In this document: positions 50,361-61,860 of the stretch, one piece after another
Position numbering within the stretch: the stretch's first letter is position 1
Layout: each line of letters starts with the position of its first letter
From: Vicinamibacteria bacterium
GTDB taxonomy: Bacteria; Acidobacteriota; Vicinamibacteria; Vicinamibacterales; UBA8438
Direction: 5' to 3'
Length of the DNA: 64,000 nucleotides
Assembly (NCBI GenBank): GCA_022820825.1
Contig: JAJEEU010000080.1
Location: 9,211-73,210 of the forward strand
Notes under the pieces: generated by a model
What the model was told of the DNA's origin: nothing
What the model saw: only the letters and a program-made list of their open reading frames with translations
The model's database searches: none
Program-made: the position numbers and the translations under genes

Positions 50361-53093
50361 ATGACCAACGCGATACGGGCGTTCTTGTTCGTCTGGCTGG
50401 CGGCCGGTGCGCTTGCCCTGCCGCTGCTCGCCACCGAGGCCGCGGCCGGTGCGCCGGCCGCGCCTGAAGCCGCGGCCGCCCAGCCGGGCCGCCAGCCTCC
50501 GCCGCTCCCCCCGGAGGATTCCCCGCCGCTGCTGCGGACCGTGCAGGTGGCATTCCCCACCCAGGGCAACGTGTCGGGCATCGATCCCCAGACCTACCTC
50601 TACTACATGGAGGTTCCGAACCTCCGCAGCCTCCCCTCGCAGGAAAAGTGGGTGCCGTATACCGATGAGACGGAACAGGTCATCCGCGGGGATTTCCAGC
50701 GCCTGTGGGATACCGGCTTCCTCGACGATCTCTGGATTGAAGTGGTCGACGAGCCCTGGCCGAACGGCGTGATCGGCAAGCGGGTCATCTTCAACTTCGA
50801 GGAGCGCGAGCGCATCAAGATCGTCACTTTCGAGGGCTCCGAAGAGGTCGATCGCGGCGACATCGAGACCGCGATGCAGGAAAACGGCATGGGCATCCGC
50901 GTCGACTCGTTCATCGACGAGGGGCTGATCAGGCGCGTCAAGTCACTGGTGCGGTTCATGTTCGCGGACAAGGGCTACCAGTTCGCGGAGATCGATCACG
51001 AGGTGACGGAGCTCCCCGGCGGGCCGAAGACGGTGCAGTTGACGTTCCACATGGACGAGGGCCCGAAGGTGATGGTGGAGGATATCTCCTTCGTCGGCAA
51101 CGAGGCCCAGAGCGACAGGCGGCTGCGCGGCCAGATGAAGAACACCAAGGAGCGCTGGTGGCTCTCGTGGATAACCGGGCGCGGCACCTACAAGGAGGCG
51201 CAGTTCGAGGAGGACGCCGACCGGATCGTCGCGTTCTACCGGGACGAGGGGTACATCGACGCCCAGGTGGGCCAGCCCGATCTCGAGTATCTCGAAGTGG
51301 CGCCGGACGGCGAGAGCCGGGGCCTGCGCCTGCGCATTCCCATCGAGGAGGGCGAGCGGTACCGGGTCGGGGAGGTCGCCTTCGACGGCAACGACGTGAT
51401 CAACGAGATCGGACTGTCGGCGCTGTTCAACAAGCTGGAGCCGGGCGAGTTCTACAGCGAGGGCGACATTCGCGACGCGTTCGAGGCGGCCCGGGAAGTG
51501 TACGGCGCGCTCGGATACTACGAGATGACCCTGTTTCCCGACCTGCAGCCGCGCAACCGTCCGGCCGCTGACGTTGACGTGCAGGCCGGCGACAACGGTA
51601 ACGGCGGCGAGGCCGCCGGCGGCAACGGCAACGGCAACGGCGCGGCCAACGGCAACGGCGACGGCGCAGCCAATGGCAACGGCGGCGCGCACGCGGCCGA
51701 GGCGGAACGGCCGACGCACATCGACGGCAGCCCGGTGGTCGACGTAACCATCCGGATTCAGGAAGGCGAGCAGTACTTCGTCAACCGGATTACCATCGCC
51801 GGCAACCACACCACCCACGACCACGTAATCCGCCGCGAGCTGCAGCTCGTCGAGCGCGGCGTGTTCAACACGGCGGGGTTGAAGCACAGCGTGCGGCGCC
51901 TGAACCAGCTCGGCTTCTTCGAGCCGCTCGACGAGGAGCAGGCAATCGCCATCGAGAAGACCGAGGGCGCCGACAACGAGGTCGACCTGACGATCGACCT
52001 GACCGAGACGAATCTCAACCAATTGACGTTCGGCGCCGGCGTGTCGCAATACGACGGGTTCTTCGGCACGGTCTCGTTCCAGACCAGCAACTTCCTGGGC
52101 CGCGGCGAGACGCTGGGCGTCGGTGTGCAGAGCGGCTCGCGCGTGCGCGACATCAATTTGACCTTCACCGAGCCGTACCTGTTCGACCGCAACATGTCGG
52201 GCAGCATCGGGTTGTTCTCGCGGAAGATCGACTGGATCGGGGCGTACGAGGAGGCCAGCACGGGCGGCACCGCGACCATCGGAATACCGCTGGCGCTCTA
52301 CACCCGCCTGTTCCTCAGCTACAGCTACGAAGCAACCAGCGTGGGGGACGTCAGTCCGTACTTCACGAGCGATCCGGATTATCTGCGGCTCAACCCGTTC
52401 TTCACCGACCTGCTGCTGCTCAACAGCGACGGCAACCGCACCGTCAGCAAGGTCACCCCGATGATCAGCATGAACACGGTCGATCATCCCATCTTCCCGC
52501 GCCGGGGGACACGCTACCAGGCGGGGATCGACCTGGCGGGGCTCGGCGGCAACTCCCGGTTCTGGAAGCCGATCCTGGAGGGCATCTGGTACATCCCGCA
52601 GTCGGAGCGCATCACGATCGGCCTGCGCGCCCAATACCAGTATCTGGCCGCCGGCAATTCGGACCAGATCCCCATCTTCGAGCGGCTGTGGCTCGGCGGC
52701 GAGTACTCGATCCGCGGCTACGACATCCGCCGCATCGGGCCGACGCTCGCCGATCGCGATCCGGAGGTTTCCGCCAACGATTTCCGGGGGCGCTACGTGA
52801 TCGGCGGCAACAAGAGCCTGCTGTTCAATGCGGAGTACCAGATCAGCATCGCCGATCCGGTGCGCATCGTGGCGTTCTACGACGCCGGCCAGGTGCAGGA
52901 CTTCGGGCAGAACTTCGCCATGGACAGCTTCATGACGTCCACGGGCGTCGAGCTGCGGTTCTTCATTCCGATGCTCAACGTGCCGTTCCGATTGATCTAC
53001 GCCTGGAATCCGCAGTATGAATCTGTCTACAACGACCGGTATCAGCAACAGGAACAGACGGTCTTCCGGTTTGCCGTGGGAACGACCTTCTAG
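50361..53093 (+). CDS. bamA: outer membrane protein assembly factor BamA
   Basis: signal peptide, POTRA domains, N..G.G, IRGY lid-lock motif, terminal Phe. Confidence 0.93.
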   Translation: MTNAIRAFLFVWLAAGALALPLLATEAAAGAPAAPEAAAAQPGRQPPPLPPEDSPPLLRTVQVAFPTQGNVSGIDPQTYLYYMEVPNLRSLPSQEKWVPYTDETEQVIRGDFQRLWDTGFLDDLWIEVVDEPWPNGVIGKRVIFNFEERERIKIVTFEGSEEVDRGDIETAMQENGMGIRVDSFIDEGLIRRVKSLVRFMFADKGYQFAEIDHEVTELPGGPKTVQLTFHMDEGPKVMVEDISFVGNEAQSDRRLRGQMKNTKERWWLSWITGRGTYKEAQFEEDADRIVAFYRDEGYIDAQVGQPDLEYLEVAPDGESRGLRLRIPIEEGERYRVGEVAFDGNDVINEIGLSALFNKLEPGEFYSEGDIRDAFEAAREVYGALGYYEMTLFPDLQPRNRPAADVDVQAGDNGNGGEAAGGNGNGNGAANGNGDGAANGNGGAHAAEAERPTHIDGSPVVDVTIRIQEGEQYFVNRITIAGNHTTHDHVIRRELQLVERGVFNTAGLKHSVRRLNQLGFFEPLDEEQAIAIEKTEGADNEVDLTIDLTETNLNQLTFGAGVSQYDGFFGTVSFQTSNFLGRGETLGVGVQSGSRVRDINLTFTEPYLFDRNMSGSIGLFSRKIDWIGAYEEASTGGTATIGIPLALYTRLFLSYSYEATSVGDVSPYFTSDPDYLRLNPFFTDLLLLNSDGNRTVSKVTPMISMNTVDHPIFPRRGTRYQAGIDLAGLGGNSRFWKPILEGIWYIPQSERITIGLRAQYQYLAAGNSDQIPIFERLWLGGEYSIRGYDIRRIGPTLADRDPEVSANDFRGRYVIGGNKSLLFNAEYQISIADPVRIVAFYDAGQVQDFGQNFAMDSFMTSTGVELRFFIPMLNVPFRLIYAWNPQYESVYNDRYQQQEQTVFRFAVGTTF

Positions 53094-53133
53094 CGTGCGC
53101 CGGCCGCAGGGAACGAATCGAGGTACGCAACTG

Positions 53134-53754
53134 ATGAGATCTGTGATTTTGGTGCTGGTGGCTGTCTGTCTGCTGGCTCCGGGACCGGCCGGCGCGCAGG
53201 AGCAGGACGCGCCCGCTGCCGCGCCGCCGGCCGGCGGCGCGATGGCCTACGTCGACCTGCAGCGCGTGGCGGCGGAGTCCGAGGCGGGTCAGGAGGCGAA
53301 CGCTCGGGTCCAGGAGTTGAGCGAGATGAAGCTGTCGGAGATAGAGCTGAAGTCGGCCGAGCTGCAGGGCCGGGTGACGGCTCTGCAAGAGCAGCTTCAG
53401 GAACTGCAGGCGAAGCTGCAGCAGGGGCAGACCGTGATGAGCGCCGAGGCGCGCCTCGGCCTGCAGCGGCAGATCTCGGAGCTCCAGATCGACGTGCAAC
53501 GCACCACACAGGACTCGCAGGCGGAGGCCGAGCGGCTCACGCAGGACGCGGACCGGGAGGTGCAGCAGTTGCAGCAGGAGCTGCAGATCGAATTCCAGAA
53601 GATCCTGGTGCCGGTGATCGAGCAGGTTGCCGCCGACCGCAATCTGTCGTTCATCTTCAACGTCGGTGAAGGCGGCATGATCTGGGCCGACACGTCGCTC
53701 GACCTGACCGAAGAGCTGATCGAGCTGCTCAACGCGCAGACCGGCGCGCCGTAA
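53134..53754 (+). CDS. skp: Skp/OmpH periplasmic chaperone
   Basis: signal peptide, AYVDLQ, long coiled coil, DLT; follows bamA. Confidence 0.88.
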   Translation: MRSVILVLVAVCLLAPGPAGAQEQDAPAAAPPAGGAMAYVDLQRVAAESEAGQEANARVQELSEMKLSEIELKSAELQGRVTALQEQLQELQAKLQQGQTVMSAEARLGLQRQISELQIDVQRTTQDSQAEAERLTQDADREVQQLQQELQIEFQKILVPVIEQVAADRNLSFIFNVGEGGMIWADTSLDLTEELIELLNAQTGAP

Positions 53755-53810
53755 GCGTCGGTCGGCGTCCCCCCGGGCGCTTCGCCGCCAGACATGTTCC
53801 TGCGTCACTA

Positions 53811-55061
53811 GTGTCACTCGACATCCCGCGCCTTCTCGACGGTCTCCGCTGCCGCTATCCGGCGTTCCTCGTGGATGCCGTGATCGAGCACGACCCCGGC
53901 CGCCGCATGGTGGCGGTCAAGAACGTCACGGTCAACGAGGAGTACTTTCAGGGGCATTTCCCCGGCATGCCGCTGATGCCCGGGGTGATGATGATCGAGT
54001 CGCTGCTGCAGGTGGCGACGCTGTTGCTGCGGGCGGATCAGGACGCGGGTACGTCACGCGCCTTCCTGCGCGGCGTCAACCAGGCCAAGTTCCGGCGCCA
54101 GGTGGTCCCCGGTGATCGCATTCAGTTGGATGTGGTACTACATAGCCGGCGGACCGGTCTGGCCGTCGTGCGCGGCGCGGCGAGGGTCGACGCCCAGATC
54201 GTCGCCGAGGCCGAGCTGCTGGTCGGCATCGAGACCGGCGCGGCGGAGATCGACGCGACCGCCGTCGTGCATCCGGACGCCGTCATCGGCGCGGGCACCG
54301 TCGTCGAGCCGCACGCGGTCATCGGGGCGCAGGTGCGCATAGGCCGCGACTGCCGGGTCGGCGCGTCGGCCGTCATCGACGGCGATACCGTAGTCGGCGA
54401 CGCCTGCAATGTGTACCCGTTCGCATCGATCGGCCTGATTCCGCAGGACCTCAAGTTCCGCGGCGAACCGACGCGTCTGGCGATCGGCCGCCGGAACGTG
54501 TTCCGGGAATTCGTGACCGTGCACCGCGGCACCCGCGGGGGCGGCGGCGTGACGTCGATCGGCAACGACAACGTGTTCATGGCATACGCGCACGTCGCGC
54601 ACGACTGTCATATCGGAGACCGGACGATATTCGGCAACGGCGCCACGCTCGGGGGGCACGTCGTCGTCGAGGACGAGGCCACGATCAGCGCCTACTCGGG
54701 CGTCCACCAGTTCTGCCGCGTCGGCCGCCAGGCGTTCATCGGGGGCTACTCGGTGGTGACGAAGGACGCCCTGCCGTACGGCAAGACCGTGGGCAACCGT
54801 GCGCGCATTTACGGATTGAACACGATCGGCCTCGCGCGCCGGGGCAGTTCCCCGGCGACCATCGCCAAGCTGAAGCGCGCCTACCGTTACCTGCTGCAAT
54901 CCAAGCTGAACACGACCCGCGCCGTGCGGCGCATCACGGAGGATCCCGGCGTTGCGTGTCCGGAGGTCGCGTACCTCGTCGAGTTCATCCGTACGTCCAA
55001 ACGCGGCGTCAACCTGCGGCGTCCGCCGCGGCGCGTGGAGCCCGTGGATGTCGAGGAGTAG
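53811..55061 (+). CDS. lpxA: fused FabZ (3-hydroxyacyl-ACP dehydratase) - LpxA (UDP-GlcNAc acyltransferase)
   Basis: N-terminal KNVT.NE..FQGHFPG.P.MPGV; then hexapeptide repeats, PQDLKF, HVAHDC, VHQF in one frame. Confidence 0.92.
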   Translation: MSLDIPRLLDGLRCRYPAFLVDAVIEHDPGRRMVAVKNVTVNEEYFQGHFPGMPLMPGVMMIESLLQVATLLLRADQDAGTSRAFLRGVNQAKFRRQVVPGDRIQLDVVLHSRRTGLAVVRGAARVDAQIVAEAELLVGIETGAAEIDATAVVHPDAVIGAGTVVEPHAVIGAQVRIGRDCRVGASAVIDGDTVVGDACNVYPFASIGLIPQDLKFRGEPTRLAIGRRNVFREFVTVHRGTRGGGGVTSIGNDNVFMAYAHVAHDCHIGDRTIFGNGATLGGHVVVEDEATISAYSGVHQFCRVGRQAFIGGYSVVTKDALPYGKTVGNRARIYGLNTIGLARRGSSPATIAKLKRAYRYLLQSKLNTTRAVRRITEDPGVACPEVAYLVEFIRTSKRGVNLRRPPRRVEPVDVEE

Positions 55062-55070
55062 TGGGTTACG

Positions 55071-55901
55071 ATGCGCGTCGGCCTGATCGCCGGCAACGGC
55101 CGGTTCCCGTTCCTCGTGCTGGACGCCGCCCGGAATCTGGGGCACGACGTCACGGTGGTCGCCATACGGGAAGAGGCGGACAAGGGCCTGCAGGCCGCGG
55201 CGGCAGGTCCGCCGCCGGCAGCGTTTCACTGGGTCTCGCTCGGGCAGTTGGGGCGCTGTATCGAGCTGCTGACCGCCGCGGGCATCTCGCGAGCCGTCAT
55301 GGCCGGCCAGGTCAAGCATACGAAGCTGTTCTCCGGTGTCATGCCCGATCGGACCCTGCTCTCGGTGTTGGGCCGACTGGCCACGCGCAACACCGACGCG
55401 CTCATTTCGGCCGTCGCCGACGTGCTCTCGGAACGCGGCATCGAGCTCGTCGATTCCACCAGCTTTCTGCAACCGCTGATGGCCCGCCGCGGCACGCTTA
55501 CCCGGCGCGGCCCGTCTGACGGCGAGCGGGCAGACCTGGAGTTCGGCTACCGGATGGCCGATGCCATCGCCGGCCTCGACATCGGCCAGACGGTTGTCGT
55601 CAAGGACCGCGCCGTGGTGGCGGTGGAGGCGATGGAGGGCACGGACGCGGTGATCGACCGCGCGGCCCGCCTGGCCGGTCCGGGCATTTGCGTGATCAAG
55701 GTGGCCAAGCCGGGCCAGGACATGCGCTTCGATGTGCCGGTAGTCGGCGTCCCGACCATCCGCGCCCTGCGGGAAGCCCGGGCGGCCGTCCTGTCGATCG
55801 ACGCGGAGCGGACGCTCGTGATCGACGGCGACGATGTGTTCGCGGCGGCCGACGAGGCGGGCCTGGCCGTGGTCGGGCGTGCGCCGGACACGGGCAGCTG
55901 A
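55071..55901 (+). CDS. lpxI: UDP-2,3-diacylglucosamine diphosphatase LpxI
   Basis: GLIAG.G.FP, DIGQTV, AVEA.EGTD, K..KP.QD.RFD.P. Confidence 0.92.
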   Translation: MRVGLIAGNGRFPFLVLDAARNLGHDVTVVAIREEADKGLQAAAAGPPPAAFHWVSLGQLGRCIELLTAAGISRAVMAGQVKHTKLFSGVMPDRTLLSVLGRLATRNTDALISAVADVLSERGIELVDSTSFLQPLMARRGTLTRRGPSDGERADLEFGYRMADAIAGLDIGQTVVVKDRAVVAVEAMEGTDAVIDRAARLAGPGICVIKVAKPGQDMRFDVPVVGVPTIRALREARAAVLSIDAERTLVIDGDDVFAAADEAGLAVVGRAPDTGS

Positions 55902-56845
55902 TGGCTGAAGCACCACTGCGGGCCGGAGTGGTCGGCGTCGGCCACGTGGGCCGCCATCACGCGCGGATCCTGGCGGAGTTGCCGGGCGTGGAGCTCGTTG
56001 GCGTCGCCGACATCGACGCGGCCAGGGCCCGGGAGGTGGCGGACCGTAGCGGGTGCCGCGCCGAGGGCAGCGCTTCCGCGCTGTTGGATGACGTCGACGC
56101 CGTGACCGTCGCGGTTCCCACGGAGGCGCACCGGCACGTCGCCGAGCTGTTTCTGGAACGCGGCATTCCCGTGCTGGTGGAGAAGCCGATCGCCGCGTCG
56201 CTGGCGGACGCGGACGCGTTGATCGCGGCCGCGTCAGCCGCCGGAACGTTGCTTGCTGTCGGCCATACCGAACGCTACAATCCGGCCGTCACCGCCGCGC
56301 GGCCGCTCATCACGGCGCCGCGCTTCATCGAGGTGCACCGCCTGGCGCAGTTCCCGGACCGGAGTCTGGATGTCGACGTCGTGTTCGACGTCATGATTCA
56401 TGATCTGGACCTGGTGCTGGATCTATGCGGGGCGGCGCCGGCGGCGATCGAAGCAATCGGCGTTCCGGTGCTCAGCGAACGGGTCGATATCGCCAGCGCG
56501 CGCATCCGCTTCGACAACGGGTGCATCGCCAACCTGACAGCCAGCCGCATCAGCCGCGAGCGCGTGCGCAAGCTCCGGTTCTTCCAGAAGGACGCGTTGG
56601 TGGCCATCGACTGCGCGGCGCAGCAGGTCGACGCATGGCGCGTCGGACGGTCTGCCGGATCGGCGCCGGCCATCGAAGGCGGCGCGCTCAGCGTGCCCCC
56701 GGGCGAGCCGCTCGCGCTGGAGCTGGCGGACTTCGTCCGGGCCGTGCGGTCCGGCACGCGTCCCGGCGTGGACGGCCGCGACGGCCGCCGCGCGCTGGAG
56801 CTGGCGCAGCAGGTGGCCGAAGCCATGGAACGCGCGGACTCCTGA
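55901..56845 (+). CDS. Gfo/Idh/MocA oxidoreductase (GnnA-like)
   Basis: GVG..G.HH, EKP, GH.ERYNP, D.MIHDLD, TASR.S; follows lpxA-lpxI. Confidence 0.88.
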   Translation: MAEAPLRAGVVGVGHVGRHHARILAELPGVELVGVADIDAARAREVADRSGCRAEGSASALLDDVDAVTVAVPTEAHRHVAELFLERGIPVLVEKPIAASLADADALIAAASAAGTLLAVGHTERYNPAVTAARPLITAPRFIEVHRLAQFPDRSLDVDVVFDVMIHDLDLVLDLCGAAPAAIEAIGVPVLSERVDIASARIRFDNGCIANLTASRISRERVRKLRFFQKDALVAIDCAAQQVDAWRVGRSAGSAPAIEGGALSVPPGEPLALELADFVRAVRSGTRPGVDGRDGRRALELAQQVAEAMERADS

Positions 56846-56851
56846 CCAGCT

Positions 56852-57748
56852 ATGCCGACACTGCAGGAGATCGGGGCGCGGCTGGCCGGCGGTGAGCCGC
56901 TCGATTCCCCGGATTGCGAGGCGGTTGTCGCCAGCAGCGACCTGCTCGGCCTCGGCGCGCTGGCGGACGATTGCCGGCGCCGGCGCCAGGGCGACCGGGT
57001 GACGTTCGTGCGGGTGCAGCAGATCCCGGCGGACGCCCTCGATGCGCCGGAGGTCGCGGTGCTCCCCGCCGCCCGCGAGCTGCGCATCGCGGGCCCGTTT
57101 CCCGAAGGTCGCGACGGTGTCCGCAGCGTCGAGCGCGTCGTGTCCGCGGCGGGCGCGATACCGGTTACCGGATTCGCGCTCGACGACCTCGTGGAGCGCA
57201 ACGCGTCGGATGCGTCCGCCGTCGCGGACGTGCTGGCGGCGTTGCGGGACGCGGGCCTGGCGGCGCTGGCGGAGGCGCGCGCGGATCGGCTGTCCGGACC
57301 GCAGTGGCTGGCAGCGGCGGGTGACGCCGGCCTCAAGATTGCACGCCTGACGGTCGGCGAGCCGACCGCGGAGGACGGCGGCGCCGCGCTGATCCGCCGT
57401 GTCGCCGGGTGGGGCGGCGCCCTGGCGCACGTCCACGCGTTCGCCCCGCTGCCGCGCAACCTGCCGCCGCAGCCGACGACCGGCTACCGCGACCTGCGTC
57501 AGGTTGCGCTGGCGCGTCTGCTGGTCGACAATGTCGGTTCGATCCAGGTCGACTGGAGCCTGTACGGACCCAAGCTGGCGCAGGTGGCCCTGATATTCGG
57601 CGCCAGCGACGTCGACGCCGTATCCGCCGAAGACGGTGGGACGCTCGGCGCCAGACGGGCGCCGCTCGCCGAGATCGAGCGCAACATCCGAGCCTCGGGG
57701 CTGGTCCCGGTTGAGCGCAACGGCCGCTTCGAGAACGTGGGAACATGA
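56852..57748 (+). CDS. MqnE/CofH-like protein lacking the CxxxCxxC motif
   Basis: DLL.LG.LAD...VTF N-terminus and LR..A.ARL..DN...W...Q.AL.FGA.D...I...G..PVER C-terminus match the family; cysteine motif absent. Confidence 0.8.
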   Translation: MPTLQEIGARLAGGEPLDSPDCEAVVASSDLLGLGALADDCRRRRQGDRVTFVRVQQIPADALDAPEVAVLPAARELRIAGPFPEGRDGVRSVERVVSAAGAIPVTGFALDDLVERNASDASAVADVLAALRDAGLAALAEARADRLSGPQWLAAAGDAGLKIARLTVGEPTAEDGGAALIRRVAGWGGALAHVHAFAPLPRNLPPQPTTGYRDLRQVALARLLVDNVGSIQVDWSLYGPKLAQVALIFGASDVDAVSAEDGGTLGARRAPLAEIERNIRASGLVPVERNGRFENVGT

Positions 57749-58556
57749 GCATCATTCGCGTCGCCGCCGTCAAGTACCTGAACTCGCTGCCGCTCGTACA
57801 TGGCCTGGACGAACGGCCGGAGCTGTTCTCGCTGCAGTACGACGTGCCCGCGAAATGCGCGGCGCTGCTGCACGGCGGCGACATCGAACTGGGCCTGATA
57901 CCGTCGATCGAGTACCTGCAGCGGCCGAACTACCGGATCGTGCCGGGGATCGCCGTGGGCTCGAACGGACCGGTCGCCTCCGTCGCGCTCTTCAGCAAGC
58001 GTCCGGCCACCGCCATCCGGTCCATCGCGGTCGACTCGAGCTCCCGGACGTCCATTGCGCTGCTGCGCATTCTCTGCGCCCAGTGGTTCGACATCGATCC
58101 CACGATCGTCAAGATGCGCCCCGACCTCGAGCCGATGCTCAAGCGCTGCGATGCGGCACTGTTGATCGGCGACCGGGCGCTGTTCGTCGACCATGAAAGC
58201 GCCGGCCTCGAGAAGATCGACCTGGGCGAGGAGTGGACCACGATGACCGGCATGCCTTTCGTGTGGGCCTTCTGGGCGGGCCGCACGGGCGCTGTCGGAC
58301 CGGCGCACGTGGAGGCGTTGCAGGCGGCGCGCGACGGGGGCGTGGCTGCGCGTGACGAGATCGCCGCGGGATTCGTGGCGCCGGACGACGACGAGGAACG
58401 CCTGGCGACGGTGCGCAAGTACTTGCAGGACAACATCGAGTGCACGCTGGACGAGCGCCGCCACGCCAGTCTCAAGAAGTTCTACGAGACGGCGCACGAG
58501 CTCGGCGTGGTGCCGGCAACCCACCCGCTACGCTTCTACGAGGGAGCCGATCCCCG

Positions 58557-58560
<4 letters not shown>
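57745..58560 (+). CDS. mqnA: chorismate dehydratase (futalosine pathway)
   Basis: YLNSLPL, G.V.SV, SRTS..L, LLIGD.AL, DLG.EW...TG.PFV.A.W. Confidence 0.93.
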
Positions 58561-59767
<1,207 letters not shown>

Positions 59768-59771
<4 letters not shown>

Positions 59772-60988
59772 TCACGAGGTATCACGCCGGCTGGGTCGTG
59801 CCGATTGCGGGGCGGCCCATCCGCGACGCGTACGTGGATGTCGACGGCGGCGTGATAGTCGAAGTCGGCCGATCCGCGGGGGCCGGTTCCGGGCGTGGCC
59901 GCGACGTCGACCTGCGCGGATGCGCAATCCTGCCGGGTCTGGTCAACGTCCACACCCACATCGAGCTTTCCGGGCTGCGCGGGGAGGTGCCGCCCGCGCC
60001 GAGCATGCCGGAGTGGGTGCGCCGCCTGATGGCGCGCCGCGCCGGCAGCGCGCCCGATGCCGCCGCCATGCGGCGGGCGCTCGCCGAGGCGCGGCGGTGC
60101 GGCACGGCGCTGGTGGGAGACATCGGCAACACGCGCGCTCCGGTCGCGGCGCTCCGTGCGGCGGGGATGCCGGCGGTTGCCTTCAGGGAGCTGGTGGGCT
60201 TCGATGAGCCCGATCCGGCGGCGCTGGTCGAGCGGACGTGCGCGGAGCTGGATCGCGAGGCCGGGCACAACCCGCGCTTGCGGCTGGCGGCGCACGCGCC
60301 GTACTCGGTGTCGCCGGCGCTGTTCGCGGCGCTGCGCGCGGCGGCCGAACGGCGGCGGCTCTGGCCGCTGTCGGTGCATGTCGCCGAGTCGCGCGAGGAG
60401 CTGGAATTCCTGCGCTCCGGAACCGGCCCGTGGCGCGGCCTCCTGGAGGAGCTGGGCCGCTGGGTTCCCGGGTGGACCGCCGGCACGCCCAGCCCGATCG
60501 CCTACCTGGACAATCTGAGCTGGCTCGGGCCGGGCACGCTGCTGGTGCACGGCGTGCATCTCACGGACGTCGAGCTGCGGCGCATCGCCGAGACCGGCGC
60601 CACGCTGGCGACCTGCCCGCGCAGCAACCGCTGGACCGGCGCGGGGGTTCCGCCCGTCGCACGGTTCCACGCGGCCGGCGTGCACCTCGCCGTGGGGACG
60701 GACAGCCTGGCCAGCGCGCCGGACCTCGACATGTTCGCGGAGCTGGCGGAGTTGCGGCGGTTGGCACCGGGGGTGCCGGCGGCGGCCTTGCTCCGCGCCG
60801 CCACGCTTTCCGGGGCGGAAGCGCTGGGTTTCGGGGCGTCGCACGGAGCGATTGCCGCCGGCCGCACGGCTGCCCTCATCGCGGTCGCGGGTGCCGGCCA
60901 GGCTGACGATGTGGAAGAATACCTGACAGGCGGCGTGCGGCCTCAGGACATCTCCTGGGTCGGCGGCGAAGACCGGGATTCTGGGTAG
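59768..60988 (+). CDS. amidohydrolase, probable aminodeoxyfutalosine deaminase
   Basis: PGLVN.HTH.ELS, HAPYS, HVAES.EE, VHGV, CPRSN, GTDSLAS; inside the mqn operon. Confidence 0.85.
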
Positions 60989-61860
60989 TGCAGGCAATCG
61001 TCACCGCAATAGGAAGGGTGGGCGCGTACGCGTCGCTGATCCGCTTCGGACATACCGTGTTCGCCCTGCCGTTTGCGCTCACCGGCGCCATGCTGGCGGC
61101 CGCCGCCGGTTGCCCGCTGGGCTGGGGGCGCGTCGGATGGATCGTCCTCGCGATGGCATCCGCGCGCACCGCCGCCATGGGCATGAACCGCCTTGCCGAT
61201 GCGCGCTACGACGCGCTCAACCCGCGGACTACCAACCGGGAGCTGCCGCGCGGCCTGGTATCCGGCGGCGAGGCTGTAGCCCTCGTCGCCGCATCGTCAG
61301 CCGTGTTCGTCGCGGTTGCGTGGCGGCTCGGGCCGCTCTGCTTTGCCCTGTCGCCAGTGGCCCTGGCCGTCGTCTTCTGGTACTCGTTCGCCAAGCGCTA
61401 CACGCACTACACGCAGATCTGGCTCGGTCTGGCGCTGGCGGTCGCGCCGGTGGGCGGGTGGCTCGCAGTCTGCGGGCAGTTCGGGTGGGCCGCGGCGTGG
61501 CTGGCGTTGGGCACCGGCATGTGGGTCGCCGGATTCGACATCCTGTACGCCTGCGAGGATATCGAGTTCGACCGGCGCAGCCGGCTTTTTTCCATACCGG
61601 CGCGGTTCGGCGTAGCCCGCTCGCTGTGGGTCTCCAGGGTCCTGCATGTCGTTGCCGTCGCCAGCCTGGCCGCGCTGGCGCTGGTGCTGCCGCTGGGGCC
61701 CGTGTACCTCGCCGGCGTCGCCGGCGTGGCCCTCCTGCTTGGCTACGAGCAGTCGCTCGTCCGCGCGGATGATCTGTCCCGCGTCGGAAAGGCGTTCAAC
61801 CTGAACGGGTACGTCGGAATCCTGTACCTGGCCGCCACGGCGGCGGCGCTGTATGTCTGA
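60988..61860 (+). CDS. ubiA: UbiA-family prenyltransferase (MqnP-like)
   Basis: HTVFALPFA, NR..D..YD..NPRT..R.LP, FDI.YA..D..FD. Confidence 0.9.
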   Translation: MQAIVTAIGRVGAYASLIRFGHTVFALPFALTGAMLAAAAGCPLGWGRVGWIVLAMASARTAAMGMNRLADARYDALNPRTTNRELPRGLVSGGEAVALVAASSAVFVAVAWRLGPLCFALSPVALAVVFWYSFAKRYTHYTQIWLGLALAVAPVGGWLAVCGQFGWAAAWLALGTGMWVAGFDILYACEDIEFDRRSRLFSIPARFGVARSLWVSRVLHVVAVASLAALALVLPLGPVYLAGVAGVALLLGYEQSLVRADDLSRVGKAFNLNGYVGILYLAATAAALYV

